Below are positions 8,963 through 18,334 of a stretch of DNA of 31,623 nt, piece after piece. Each line of letters starts with the position of its first letter. Within the stretch, counting starts at the first letter, position 1. Location of the stretch: the NCBI GenBank assembly GCA_024404275.1, contig JAKSQG010000002.1, positions 1 through 31,623 of the forward strand. Direction: 5' to 3'. The notes under the pieces are model-generated. The model ran no database searches and had not been told where the DNA came from. It saw only the letters and a list, made by a program, of their open reading frames with translations. A program made the position numbers and the translations under genes. Origin of the DNA: Clostridia bacterium (GTDB lineage Bacteria > Bacillota > Clostridia > Christensenellales > Aristaeellaceae).

Positions 8963-9889
8963 TCAGGATTGGGTACAGCGGAGGAAGACTTCCTCCAGCG
9001 TGCTTTCGGCCGCCTCCAGCCGCATCAGCGGCATTTCCAACGCCGTCAAAAGGGTAAACAGCTCCTGCTCGGCGGTGCCGCCGGCCTTGCAGGTCAGGTT
9101 CAGGGCGATCTGTCCCTTATCGTCGCAGGGAACGCGGACGGCGGAAATCACCGAGGGCAGCGACCGGACGCCGCTCATCAGCTGCTTCTCGCTGCCCAAT
9201 ACCCTGGCGGACAGGCGGTAGGTGCTGCTTTTGCCGATGTCCTGCAGCTTTTCGTCAAAAACCACGCGGCCGCGGTGCAGGATGACCGCACGCGTGCACA
9301 CCTCCTGTACTTCGCTCAACACATGGGAGGAAAAGATGACCGTGCGCCCATGGGAAAGCGAGCGCACCAGCTCCCGGAATTCCACCGTTTGCCGGGGGTC
9401 CAGACCGGAGGTGGGCTCATCCAGCACCAGAATGGGCGGGTCGCCGCACAAGGCCTGCGCCAAACCGACCCTCTGCCGCCAGCCCTTTGAAAGGTTGCCG
9501 ATGCGGCGCCCTTCCACCTCTTTCGTATGCGTCAGCTGCAGGATTTCATCGATGTGCGCCTCGGCGTCCGCTTTCACCACCAGACGCAGGGCGCAGACGA
9601 AGCGCAAAAAATCGCGGACGGTCATTTCATCATACAGCGGCGCCTGCTCCGGCAGATAGCCCAGCAGCTGCTTGGCTTGCCGGGGCTCCAGCGTCAGGTC
9701 ATGACCGTCCAGAGAGATACTGCCCTGTGTGGGGGCCATAAAACCCGTCAGCATGTTGAGCAGCGTGGTCTTGCCGGCACCGTTGGGTCCCAGCAGTCCC
9801 AGCACCTCGCCGGGCTGCACCCGAAGCGAGATATCGTGCACAGCCTCCTTGCTGCCATAACGCTTGCTGACGGAAGAAATCACAATCAT
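8963..9889 (-). CDS. ABC transporter ATP-binding protein
   Basis: Contains Walker A GPNGAGKTT, the signature LSKGWRQR and Walker B ILVLDEPTSGLD. An AGGAG RBS lies upstream. Stop codon is TGA. Confidence 0.92.
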   Translation of the reverse strand: MIVISSVSKRYGSKEAVHDISLRVQPGEVLGLLGPNGAGKTTLLNMLTGFMAPTQGSISLDGHDLTLEPRQAKQLLGYLPEQAPLYDEMTVRDFLRFVCALRLVVKADAEAHIDEILQLTHTKEVEGRRIGNLSKGWRQRVGLAQALCGDPPILVLDEPTSGLDPRQTVEFRELVRSLSHGRTVIFSSHVLSEVQEVCTRAVILHRGRVVFDEKLQDIGKSSTYRLSARVLGSEKQLMSGVRSLPSVISAVRVPCDDKGQIALNLTCKAGGTAEQELFTLLTALEMPLMRLEAAESTLEEVFLRCTQS

Positions 9890-9919
9890 CCCGGGAATAC
9901 TCCTTTTTGGTATCGTCTC

Positions 9920-9925
9920 ATTATA
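9920..9925 (-). promoter_or_regulatory. Candidate extended -10 (TGcTATAAT) for the ABC operon
   Basis: The minus strand reads gtgcTATAATgag about 30 nt upstream of the RBS. The -35 element is weak. Confidence 0.4.
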
Positions 9926-9960
9926 GCACGTCGTGCCCCCTTATGGGTGAATAATATGTG

Positions 9961-9998
9961 AACAAACAAAAAGAACCGCCCCGGGAAGCCCGGGACGG
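9961..9998 (-). terminator. Intrinsic terminator after the HD-domain gene
   Basis: The minus-strand RNA forms CCGUCCCGGG-CUU-CCCGGGGCGG followed by UUCUUUUUGUUUGUU. Confidence 0.8.
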
Positions 9999-10011
9999 AA
10001 GTAAAATCTTA

Positions 10012-10596
10012 TTACAGCGCGGCACATTCGGCGGCCACCGCGGCTTCGCAGCTCTGCATGGCGCGAAGCGTGCGGTCCAGCAGTTCCTCCAGCGTCCAGC
10101 CCAGGATCTCGGCACCCTTGCTGATGACCTCGCGGGAGCAGCCGGCGGCAAAACGCTTGTCCTTGAACTTCTTTTTGAGACTGGAAAGCTCCATGTCCGT
10201 GCAGCTGCCGGAGGGGCGCATGCGGGCGGCGGCACCGATGAGACCGGTCAGTTCATCCGCGGCAAACAGCACCTTTTCCATCGTGTGCTCGGGGGCAATG
10301 TCACAGCACAGTCCCCAGCCGTGGGAGCAGATGGCATGCACCATCTCGGCAGAGCAGTTGATCTCCGCCAGCAGCTCGGGAGCCTTCTGACAGTGCTGCT
10401 CGGGCCAGCCCTCAAAATCGATATCGTGGAGCAGTCCGCAAAGGCTCCAGAAACCGACATCCTCGCCAAAGCCCAGTTCGTTGGCATACCAGCGCATGCA
10501 GCCTTCCACCGTCAGGGCATGCTGCAGGTGGAAGGGTTCCTTGTTGTATTTTTTGAGCAGCTCCAGCGCCTGTTCGCGGGTGATGACGGTATTCAT
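10012..10596 (-). CDS. HD/HDIG-domain metal-dependent phosphohydrolase
   Basis: The 194-aa ORF contains an HD motif (LLHDIDF) and further His residues (HAICSH). A GGAGG RBS lies upstream. The ATG overlaps the ftsY stop by 1 nt. Stop codon is TAA. Confidence 0.8.
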   Translation of the reverse strand: MNTVITREQALELLKKYNKEPFHLQHALTVEGCMRWYANELGFGEDVGFWSLCGLLHDIDFEGWPEQHCQKAPELLAEINCSAEMVHAICSHGWGLCCDIAPEHTMEKVLFAADELTGLIGAAARMRPSGSCTDMELSSLKKKFKDKRFAAGCSREVISKGAEILGWTLEELLDRTLRAMQSCEAAVAAECAAL

Positions 10597-11522
10597 CAGT
10601 TGCTGTCCTCCGTTTTTTCATCCTCGCCGAAAAGTGCCCTGACGAACTGATTGGCGTCAAAGGCCTGCAGGTCGTCAATGCCCTCACCCACGCCGATGTA
10701 CCACACGGGCACGTTCAGCTCGCGGCGGATGGCAATGGCCACGCCGCCCTTGGCGGTGCCGTCCAGCTTGGTCAGGATCAGACCGTTGATTTCAACGGCT
10801 TCCTTGAACATCTTGGCCTGGTTGATGCCGTTCTGACCGGTGGTGGCGTCCAGAATCAGCATGCAGCGCACGGTGGCCTCGCTGAAGTCCTTATCGATGA
10901 TGCGGCGCATCTTCGACAGCTCGTCCATCAGGTTCTTTTTGTTGTGCAGGCGGCCGGCGGTGTCGATGATGAGCAGGTCGGCCTTGCGGGCCTTGGCAGC
11001 CTGCACGGCGTCATACACCACGGCGGCGGGGTCGCTGCCGGGCTGATGCTTGATGAGCGGCACATTGGCTCTTTCGGCCCACACCGCCAGCTGGTCATCG
11101 GCGGCGGCACGGAAAGTATCGCCCGCAGCCAGGATGACGCTGCGGCCGATCTATTGAAATCTCAGCGCCAGCTTGCCCACCGTGGTGGTCTTGCCCACGC
11201 CGTTGACGCCCACCACAAACATGACCATGGGCCAGTGCAGGGCGGGACGGGGAATGTTCATTTCCTCGGTCAGCAGCTCCTTGAACATTTCACGTGCCGT
11301 GGCGGCATCCTTGACCTTCTTGTCCTCGATGCGGCTGCGCAGCTCGTCAATGATCTCGGTGCTGGCTTTGACGCCCACGTCGCTGAGCAGCAGGATATCG
11401 GTCAGCTCCTCATAAAAATCATCATCGATGACACGGGTGTTTTCGACCAGCTCGTCCACCTTGTCGGAAATGTTGGATTTGGACTTGAACAGTCCCTGCT
11501 TCAGTTTTTGAAAAAAGCCCAT
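10596..11522 (-). CDS. ftsY: Signal recognition particle receptor FtsY containing one in-frame TAG
   Basis: ORFs 11151..11522 and 10596..11084 are in the same frame, and the sequence between them is open except for TAG 11151-11153. The GTPase motifs [10 protein letters not shown], DTAGR and TKLDG are all present. The joined length is 308 codons. AAGGAG RBS; stop codon is TGA. Confidence 0.93.
11151..11153 (-). other. In-frame TAG codon read as sense (ftsY)
   Basis: ...[48 protein letters not shown]... Confidence 0.85.
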
Positions 11523-11535
11523 ATCGTGTATCTCC

Positions 11536-14500
11536 TTACTGATAATTTTCCAGATTGACGCTTACCATGCGGCTGACGCCCTTTTCCTGCATGGCGACGC
11601 CGTACAGGGAGTCGCAGCGTTCCATGGTGCCCTTGCGGTGGGTGACGACCACAAACTGTGTGCCCTTGGCAAACTCCACCAGATAATCGGCAAAATAGCC
11701 GATGTTGGCTTCGTCCAGAGCCGCTTCGATCTCATCCAGAATGCAGAAGGGCGTGGGGCGCACCTTCAGCATGGCAAACAGGATGGCAATGGCGGTCAGC
11801 GCGCGCTCGCCGCCGGAGAGCAGGCTCAGCAGCTGCAGCTTCTTTCCCGGGGGCTGCGCCACCACCTCGATGCCGCAGGTCAGCGGCTCGTTCGGGTCCT
11901 CCAGCTTGAGCTCCGCCTGTCCGCCGCCAAAGAGGCGTACAAACGTTTCCTTGAAATAGCCGTTCAGACGGTCAAACTCGACCACAAACTGCTTTTCCAT
12001 CTGACCCATCAGCCGCTTGATGAGGCTGCGCAGGTCGGCTTCCGCCTTGGTCATGTCCTCCTGCTGGCGGGTCATGTCGTCAAAGCGTTCCTTGGTCTGG
12101 GCGTATTCTTCCACGGCACGCGTGTTGATGGGGCCCAGCGCGCGGATCTCCCTTTGCAGACCGGCGGCTTCCTTTTCACCCGCGGTCAGGGAGAAGGCAT
12201 CTGCCGGCAGGCGGTATTCCTCGGCGATGGCGAGCGTGGCCTCGTAGGTGTTCCACATGTGCTCGGTCAGCGTATTCAGCTCGTTTTCCGCACGGGCACT
12301 TTGCAGTTCGGTGCGGTGAAGCTGTTCGCCGTCGGCGTTGTATTTTTCGTGCAGGCGCTCGCTTTCGGCGACCAGCTCACGCTGCTGCGCCTGCTTTTCG
12401 GAACGTGTCTTTTCCAGTGCCGCGGTGTCCTCTTCCAGTTGACGCAGGGCGGCGTTCTGTTCGGCTGCCGCCTCGGTCAGCTGCCGCAGCAGCTCGGTGC
12501 CGTCCTCCAGCATCTTGCGCTGTTCGGTCAGCTTGTTTTCGGCTTCGGCACGCTCCTGACGCAGGTCGTTTTCCTCCTGCTCGCGGCGTTCCTTGTCACG
12601 GCGCAGGGTATCCAGCTTGTGCTGCAGGTCGGCCAGTTCCAGCCTTCTGCGCTCCAGACCGCCGCGCAGCAGATCGGCTTTTTCGCGGGCGGCACGCAGT
12701 TCATCCTGCAGCTGCTCGGTCTTCTGCTCCAGCGCTTCGCGGTCCACCGCAGCGCTTTCGGTGCCCTCGGTCAGGCTCTTGAGGTCAGCCCGCAGCTCTT
12801 CCAGGCTGTCCACCAGCTGTGTGATGGCAGCGCGCGTTTTGTTCAGCTGCTGCTCGGCGCTTTCCAACTCGGCAGAGGTGTTGAACACATGCTCCTGCTC
12901 ACGGGCAACGGCGATCTCCTGCTGATGCATGGCCTCGGCAGCCTCGGCACTCAGGCGGCGGGCTTCCCGCTGCTTGTCCTGCAGGCGCACGGCTTCTTCG
13001 GTCAGATGGTTGAACAGCTTTTCATCTTCCTGCAGCCGCGCCGTCAGTTCCTTGATCTCGCGTTCACGGGAAAGGAAGTTGCTGGTCTTGCCCTTCATGG
13101 AGCCGCCCGTCATGGAGCCGCCCGAGTGCATGACCTGACCGTCCAGCGTGACCAGACGGAAGGAATAGCGTCCCGCGCGCATGATGGGCAGGGCGGCATT
13201 CAGGTCGGATGCGATCACGGTGCGCCCCAGAAGGTTTTCCATCACGGGGCGGTATTTCTGATCATAGCCGATCAGCTCGCTCGCCACGCCCAGGCAGCCG
13301 GGCATCGACAGCACACGGCGCTCCTCGTTGTTCAAACTGTAGGGGCGCACGGTGTTGAGGGGCAAAAAGGTGGCACGGCCGCCGTCGGTGCGCTTCAGGT
13401 ATTCGATCAAACGCTTGGCGGTCACATCGGTGCCGGTAATGATGTTCTGCAGGGCGCCGCCCAGCACGGAATCAACGGCGGTCTCCAGTTCTTTGGGAAC
13501 CTCGATCAGCTGGGCGACCACGCCGCACACATCGGGGTCATTATGCCCGGCCTGCAGGGCCCGGCGGACGGCGTTGGCATAGCCCTCCATGTCACGGGCC
13601 ATTTCGCTCAACACGTGCAGGCGGCTGCGGGCGGACTGCATATCCAGGTTCAGCTTCTGCCTGCGGTCGTTCTGCGTGTTCATTTCATCGCCGAGTGAGC
13701 GGGCTTCGGCTTCCAGACGGCGGGCTTCGCCGCGGCAGGCGGTCAGGGTCTCGTCAGCCTCGCGCTGCAATTCCAGCGCGGCGTCATACTGCTGCCGCAG
13801 TTCCGCCTGACGGCTCACGCGTTCGCTTTCATTGGAACGCAGCTGCTCCAGATAGTTTTCCATCTGGGCGCACATCGTTTCCTTCTGGGTGCGGCTGTTG
13901 CGCACATCGCTCAGACGGTTGACAGCGGTCAAAATATCGGCTTTATGATCATTGAGCCGCTCCTCGGCTTCTTCGGCGGCTTGTTCGGCGGCGGCGGCCT
14001 CTTCCTCGGCGGCCGTCAGCGCTTCAGCGGCAGCGGTCAACTCCTCCTGCATCAGGGAGCCGCTGCCTTCGCCTTCCTCGGCAAGACGGCGCAGCACCTC
14101 AAGGCGGCTGTCCGCGGCGGCGACCTGCGCGGTCAGGCGTTCTTCCTCGGCCTTCAGCGCTTCACCGCGGGCTTCGGCTCGCTCCCGCGCCGTTTCGGTC
14201 TTATGGGCTTCCTCGGAGCTCAGACGGATGTCCGCCCGGTACTGACTGATATCATCCTCCATGCGGCTGATGATGTCGTCCAGCGCGGTACGCTCATTGC
14301 TGTTTTCATGCAGGCGCGCTTCGGTCTGCAGCTGCGTGTCGTGCAGCAGCTCCAGCGTTTCCTTCAGTTCCCTGATGCGCTCGGAAAGCTTATCCTGCCG
14401 CAGCAGGAAGATGTTCATTTCCAGCGTCTTGAGCCGCTCGGCCAGCTCCTGATATTTCAGCGCTGACTGCGCCTGCTCGTGCAGCGGCTAAATGCGGCTG

Positions 14501-15096
14501 CCCAGCTCCTGCAAAAGGTCGTTGACGCGGCTTAAATTGTCCAGCGTGCGGGACAGCTTGTGCTCGGCGTCTTCCTTGCGCACGCGGAAGGTGCTGATGC
14601 CGGCGGCCTCCTCAAAGACCTCGCGGCGGTCCTCACTCTTGTTGGAAAGAATATCGTCGATACGGCCCTGACCGATGTTGCTGTAGCCGTCCTTGCCGAT
14701 GCCGGTATCATAAAACAGCTCACGGATGTCCTTGAGCCTGCAGGCTTTTTTGTTGAGATAATATTCGCTGTCGCCGTTGCGGTACAACCGGCGGGTCACG
14801 GCCACCTCGGCAAAGTTGGTGCGCAGGGCGCCGTCCTCGTTTTCAAAGGTCAGCGTCACCTCGGCAAAGGTCAGCTTCTTGCGCTTCTCCGTGCCGTTGA
14901 AGATGATGTCCTGCATGCTGCCGCCGCGCAGCTCGCGGGGGTTCTGCTCGCCCAGCACCCATTTGACGGCGTCGCCGATGTTGCTTTTGCCCGAACCGTT
15001 GGGGCCCACAATGCCCGTGATGCCGCCGTTGAACAGCACTTCGGTGCGCTCGGCAAAGGACTTGAAGCCGTAGATCTCCAGTTTTTTCAGCTTCAT
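11536..15096 (-). CDS. smc: Chromosome segregation protein SMC containing one in-frame TAG
   Basis: ORFs 14488..15096 (head with Walker A GPNGSGKSN) and 11536..14418 (coiled coil, hinge, LSGGERAL signature, Walker B FCILDEIEAALD) are in the same frame. The intervening 14419-14487 is open, so the only interruption is TAG 14488-14490. The joined length is 1186 codons. Stop codon is TAA. Confidence 0.95.
14488..14490 (-). other. In-frame TAG codon read as sense (smc)
   Basis: ...RVNDLLQELGSRI-TAG-PLHEQAQSALKYQELAERLKTLEMNIFLL... Confidence 0.85.
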
Positions 15097-15767
15097 CGGG
15101 CGCCCTCCCCGCTTTTAAGGTACCGCAGGGCAGCTTCCGCCGCGGCCTGCTCGGCCCGCTTTTTGCGGTTGCCCTCGCCGCGTCCCAGCTCTTTTTCCTC
15201 ACTGTAGACCGCCACGGTAAAGGTGCGCATGTGGGCGGGGCCTTCTTCACTGAGCGTTTTGTATTCGGGGCAGGGCAGCCCCTTTCCCTGCAAAAGCTCC
15301 TGCAATTCGGTCTTGCAGTCCGTGACCGGGATGGGCACGGCTTTTTCGTCGGGCCACAGGGCGTTGACCAGTTTGGCGGCCTGCTCATAGCCCGCGTCCA
15401 GATAGACGGCGGCGAGCACGGCTTCCATGGCGTCCGCCAGCACGGCGGGACGTTCCCTTTCTCCGCTGATGTCACTGCCGTGATTCAGCTTCAGATAGCT
15501 GCCCAGATGAAGCGAGCGCGCCACGGCGCACAGCGTTTCCTCACGCACCATGCGCGCACGAAGAAAGGTCAGCCCGCCCTCCTCCAGCTCGGGGTGGTGG
15601 CTGAACACAAAGTCGCCCATCGCCAGCTGCAGCACGGCGTCCCCCAAAAACTCCAGCCGCTGGTTGTTTTCCGGGCCGCAGGAGGGGTGCGTGAGTGCCA
15701 GCTTCAGATAGGAACGGTTATGAAAGGTGTAATGGAGCGCTGCCTCCAGCAGGGTAAGATCGGCCAT
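15093..15767 (-). CDS. rnc: Ribonuclease III
   Basis: ORF 15093..15809 is trimmed to ATG 15767 (MADLTLLEAAL), which follows AGGAG. It has the RNase III signature NQRLEFLGDAVL and a C-terminal dsRBD. Its TGA overlaps the smc ATG (ATGA). Confidence 0.93.
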   Translation of the reverse strand: MADLTLLEAALHYTFHNRSYLKLALTHPSCGPENNQRLEFLGDAVLQLAMGDFVFSHHPELEEGGLTFLRARMVREETLCAVARSLHLGSYLKLNHGSDISGERERPAVLADAMEAVLAAVYLDAGYEQAAKLVNALWPDEKAVPIPVTDCKTELQELLQGKGLPCPEYKTLSEEGPAHMRTFTVAVYSEEKELGRGEGNRKKRAEQAAAEAALRYLKSGEGAR

Positions 15768-15791
15768 GGTTTTACTCCTGTTTATCCGCGT

Positions 15792-15826
15792 ACACAAAAC
15801 GGGCTGCATTGTTTCAGGCAGCCTGT
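15792..15826 (-). terminator. Hairpin plus U-tract after acpP (partial terminator or processing site)
   Basis: The minus-strand RNA forms CAGGCUGC-loop-GCAGCCCG followed by UUUUGUGU. Confidence 0.45.
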
Positions 15827-15845
15827 TCTCTGTGCGCGGGGATGA

Positions 15846-16076
15846 TTACTGATGCTCTTCGATATAGCTGACAACATCCGCCACCGTTTTGAAGTTGACA
15901 ACGGCGTTATCATCCACCATGATGTTGAAGGTGTCTTCCAGCTCCATGATCAGCACCATCACGTTGGCGCTGTCGGCACCCAGGTCTTCCACCAGACGGG
16001 AAGAAGGGGTGACCTTATCGGCGGGAACCTTCAGCAGCTTTTCCACCAGAGCGGTGACCTGTTCCAGAATCGTCAT
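15846..16076 (-). CDS. acpP: Acyl carrier protein
   Basis: The ORF is 76 aa with a DLGADS phosphopantetheine-attachment motif. An AAGGAG RBS lies upstream. It sits between plsX and rnc. Stop codon is TAA. Confidence 0.9.
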   Translation of the reverse strand: MTILEQVTALVEKLLKVPADKVTPSSRLVEDLGADSANVMVLIMELEDTFNIMVDDNAVVNFKTVADVVSYIEEHQ

Positions 16077-16090
16077 GTTTTTTATCTCCT

Positions 16091-17131
16091 TTAACCGTTA
16101 TTCGCGGGGGAAGTCTCATTTGCCTGCTGCTTGGCCAGGGTCTCCTTGACGGCGGCTTCGATGCTGCCGACCACGTTGGAGTTGATCATGTTGACGCACT
16201 GACGGATGGCGCAGGCCACGGCGTGCGCGTTGGAGGAGCCGTGTGCCTTGACCACAGCACCCTTGACGCCCAGCAGCGGGGCGCCGCCTACTTCGGCATA
16301 GTCCATGCGCTTCTTGACGCGCCTGAACGCGGGCTTGGCCAGCAGCGCGCCGATCTTGGAGCGGGTATCGGCCATCATTTCATCCTTGATGATGTGCAGC
16401 AGCGTGCCGGAGACGCCTTCCATGAACTTGAGCACCACGTTGCCGGCAAAACCGTCGGTCACCAGCACATCGGCCATGTCGGCGGTCACGTCGCGGCCTT
16501 CGATGTTGCCCACAAAGTTGATGGGGGCTTCTTCCAGCAGCTTATACGCTTCCTTGGTCAGCTTGCAGCCCTTTTCGGCTTCGGCGCCATTGTTGAGCAG
16601 GCCGACGCGGGGGTTTTTGACGCCGCGGACGCAGCGCATATAAGCGTCGCCCATGATGCCGAACTGCTGCAGATACTGGGGCAGGCAGTCGACGTTGGCA
16701 CCGCAGTCGATGAGCAGGAAAAAGTCCTTGCCGTTGGGCAGCATGGGGGCAAGGGCGGGGCGCTCAATGCCGTCGATGCGGCCCAGCACAAAGATGCCCG
16801 CGGCCAGCGTGGCGCCCGTGGAGCCGGCGGACACAAAGCCGTCCACCTCGTGCTCGCGCAGGGCCTTCATGCCCTTCGCCTGGGCGCTGTCACGCTTGCG
16901 GCGCACCGCCATGACGGGCGCTTCGCAGTTGGTGATCACCTCAGTGGTGTGTTCGATCACCAGCCGGTCCATGATGTCATCACAGCCGGTCAGCAGGGGC
17001 TTGATGGCAGCCTCGTCGCCGGACAGGGTAATCTTGAGGTCTTTGTCATTGCGCAGCGCCTCAATGGCGCCGTTAACGGTACAGCCGGGGGCGTTGTCGC
17101 CGCCCATGGCGTCCAGATAAATGTGAATCAT
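16091..17131 (-). CDS. plsX: Phosphate acyltransferase PlsX
   Basis: ORF 16091..17323 is trimmed to ATG 17131 (MIHIYLDAMGGDNAP, a typical PlsX N-terminus). PlsX-like sequence runs throughout. Stop codon is TAA. Confidence 0.92.
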   Translation of the reverse strand: MIHIYLDAMGGDNAPGCTVNGAIEALRNDKDLKITLSGDEAAIKPLLTGCDDIMDRLVIEHTTEVITNCEAPVMAVRRKRDSAQAKGMKALREHEVDGFVSAGSTGATLAAGIFVLGRIDGIERPALAPMLPNGKDFFLLIDCGANVDCLPQYLQQFGIMGDAYMRCVRGVKNPRVGLLNNGAEAEKGCKLTKEAYKLLEEAPINFVGNIEGRDVTADMADVLVTDGFAGNVVLKFMEGVSGTLLHIIKDEMMADTRSKIGALLAKPAFRRVKKRMDYAEVGGAPLLGVKGAVVKAHGSSNAHAVACAIRQCVNMINSNVVGSIEAAVKETLAKQQANETSPANNG

Positions 17132-17167
17132 GTGTTTCACCGCCTTGAAAATGCTTGAACGTTTGCA

Positions 17168-17196
17168 ATTATAGCATAGCTGAAAACCGTTTGCAA
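17168..17196 (-). promoter_or_regulatory. Sigma-A-type promoter for plsX-acpP
   Basis: On the minus strand, TTGCAA (17196-17191), a 17-nt spacer and TGcTATAAT (-10 at 17173-17168). Confidence 0.6.
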
Positions 17197-17220
17197 CCGC
17201 TGCCCGTTTTTGGCCACAAA

Positions 17221-17880
17221 TCAATAAAACAGCAGGTTTTTCAACGCTTCCGGGGTGTTTACGAAGCAAGCGTCGGGGCAGTCCTGCCGTACCAGCTGGG
17301 CCAGCTCGTCCTCGTGTCCCCACATGGCCACGGCGATGTCGCAGCCCGCGGCACGGGCCATGGTGTAGCCGGGCTTCAGGTCATCGACCACCAGAATGTC
17401 CTTGAGCTCATAGCCGAAGCTGTCCATGATCCTGTGAATGGGCGCGGGGGAGGGCTTCTGGTTTTCGGCGCCCACCTCCCAGCCCAGCGTCAGGTCGGGC
17501 ACGGGCAGCCCTGCGGCTTCATAATCGCGCACAATGTAGCGCGCGTAGGAATGCGATACCACGCACACCCTGCCGCCCTCGGCCTTCTGACGGCGGATGA
17601 TCTCCGGCATGCCGTCATAAAAGGGCGGCACGCGGTCGGATACAAAACGGAACCAGTTTTCCTATTGAAACTTCATTTCCTCGTCCGTCATGTGCAATTG
17701 ACCGCGGCAGAATTCGTCAAAGGTCAGCTCATACCACTGCCGCTGATATACACTGCGGGGAATGTTCAGCCCCGGGCGCAGCTTGCTCATGGTGTCAAGA
17801 AAAGAAAGATAATGGATGGTGTCGGTGGAGCGCACCGCGGTGTCATCGTGGTCCAGCACCAGGCAGGGATAACGCGTCAT
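17221..17880 (-). CDS. HAD-superfamily hydrolase containing one in-frame TAG
   Basis: ORFs 17662..17880 (motif I LDHDDT) and 17221..17631 (KPSPAPI and DD motifs) are in the same frame. The gap is open except for TAG 17662-17664. The joined length is 219 codons. Stop codon is TGA. Confidence 0.85.
17662..17664 (-). other. In-frame TAG codon read as sense (HAD hydrolase)
   Basis: ...LHMTDEEMKFQ-TAG-ENWFRFVSDRVPPFYDGMPEII... Confidence 0.8.
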
Positions 17881-17902
17881 GCAGGTACCTCATGGGTATA
17901 AA

Positions 17903-18020
17903 AATACCGTAAAGATCGGGCTGGCCCGCGGCACATCACAACAAATGCTTACTGCTGCTTCCTTCCGGACCTGACAGGGTTCACACCGTGCAATCGCACG
18001 GGGCCCGACCTTTACGGCAC
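17903..18020 (-). ncRNA. ffs: Small (4.5S-type) signal recognition particle RNA
   Basis: The minus-strand RNA contains the universal SRP helix-8 core CUGUCAGGUCC-GGAA-GGAAGCAGCAG. A closing helix pairs CCGUAAAGGUCGGGC with GCCCGAUCUUUACGG, followed by a UAUUUUUA tail. Confidence 0.88.
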
Positions 18021-18024
18021 AGAC

Positions 18025-18053
18025 AGTATAACAGATAATTTGCCAAAACACAA
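18025..18053 (-). promoter_or_regulatory. Promoter of ffs
   Basis: On the minus strand, TTGTGT (18053-18048), a 17-nt spacer and TGtTATACT (-10 at 18030-18025). The transcription start is predicted a few nt before the SRP closing helix. Confidence 0.55.
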
Positions 18054-18080
18054 GCGAAAAATACAATGTCAGCCAGAGTG

Positions 18081-18109
18081 TTGACAATCTTTGCCCTGCA
18101 TGCTATACT
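18081..18109 (+). promoter_or_regulatory. Sigma-A-type promoter of the FMN-riboswitch operon
   Basis: TTGACA (18081-18086), a 17-nt spacer and TGcTATACT (-10 at 18104-18109). Confidence 0.7.
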
Positions 18110-18129
18110 GCCCTCGACAACTGAACAGA

Positions 18130-18243
18130 ATGAATCTTCAGGGCGGGGTGCGATTCCCCACCGGCGGTATAGCCCGCGAGCCTCAAAAAGGTTGATCCGG
18201 TTGAATTCCGGAGCCGACAGTACAGTCTGGATGGAAGAAGTTT
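18130..18243 (+). promoter_or_regulatory. FMN riboswitch (RFN element) aptamer
   Basis: cttcagggcggggtgcgattccccaccggcggtatagcccgcgagcc...ccggttgaattccggagccgacagtacagtctggatggaagaag matches the conserved RFN core (AGGGCxGGGUG.AAUUCCC.ACCGGCGGU...GCCCGCGAGC...GCCGACAGU.AAGUCUGGAUG.GAGAAG). Confidence 0.92.
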
Positions 18244-18278
18244 CAAGCATTGCTTTTATTGCGCCGCATGGCGTGTCT

Positions 18279-18310
18279 TCCTCCCTGAAGTGATTCGGGG
18301 AGGTTTTTAT
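18279..18310 (+). terminator. Expression-platform terminator of the FMN riboswitch
   Basis: The stem tCCTCCC / GGGGAGG is followed by TTTTTATT. The left arm (cttcctcc) is also complementary to the 3' strand of P1 (ggaagaag), which would allow an antiterminator. Confidence 0.75.
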
Positions 18311-18334
18311 TATGCCGGAAGGAGGGAACACACC

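Noticed and set aside
10596-15096. Reading the split smc, ftsY, murA, methyltransferase and HAD genes as pseudogenes in a decaying genome.
   Set aside because: All eight interruptions are TAG, with no TGA or TAA and no frameshifts. Sequence on both sides stays conserved and in frame. The affected genes are essential, and neighbouring genes and regulatory RNAs are intact. Random decay would produce a mix of lesion types.
17881-18110. The switch from all-minus to all-plus gene orientation as a replication origin.
   Set aside because: I found no DnaA-box clusters (TTATCCACA or its complement), no dnaA or dnaN nearby and no AT-rich unwinding element. The region is fully explained by divergent promoters for ffs and the FMN-riboswitch operon.
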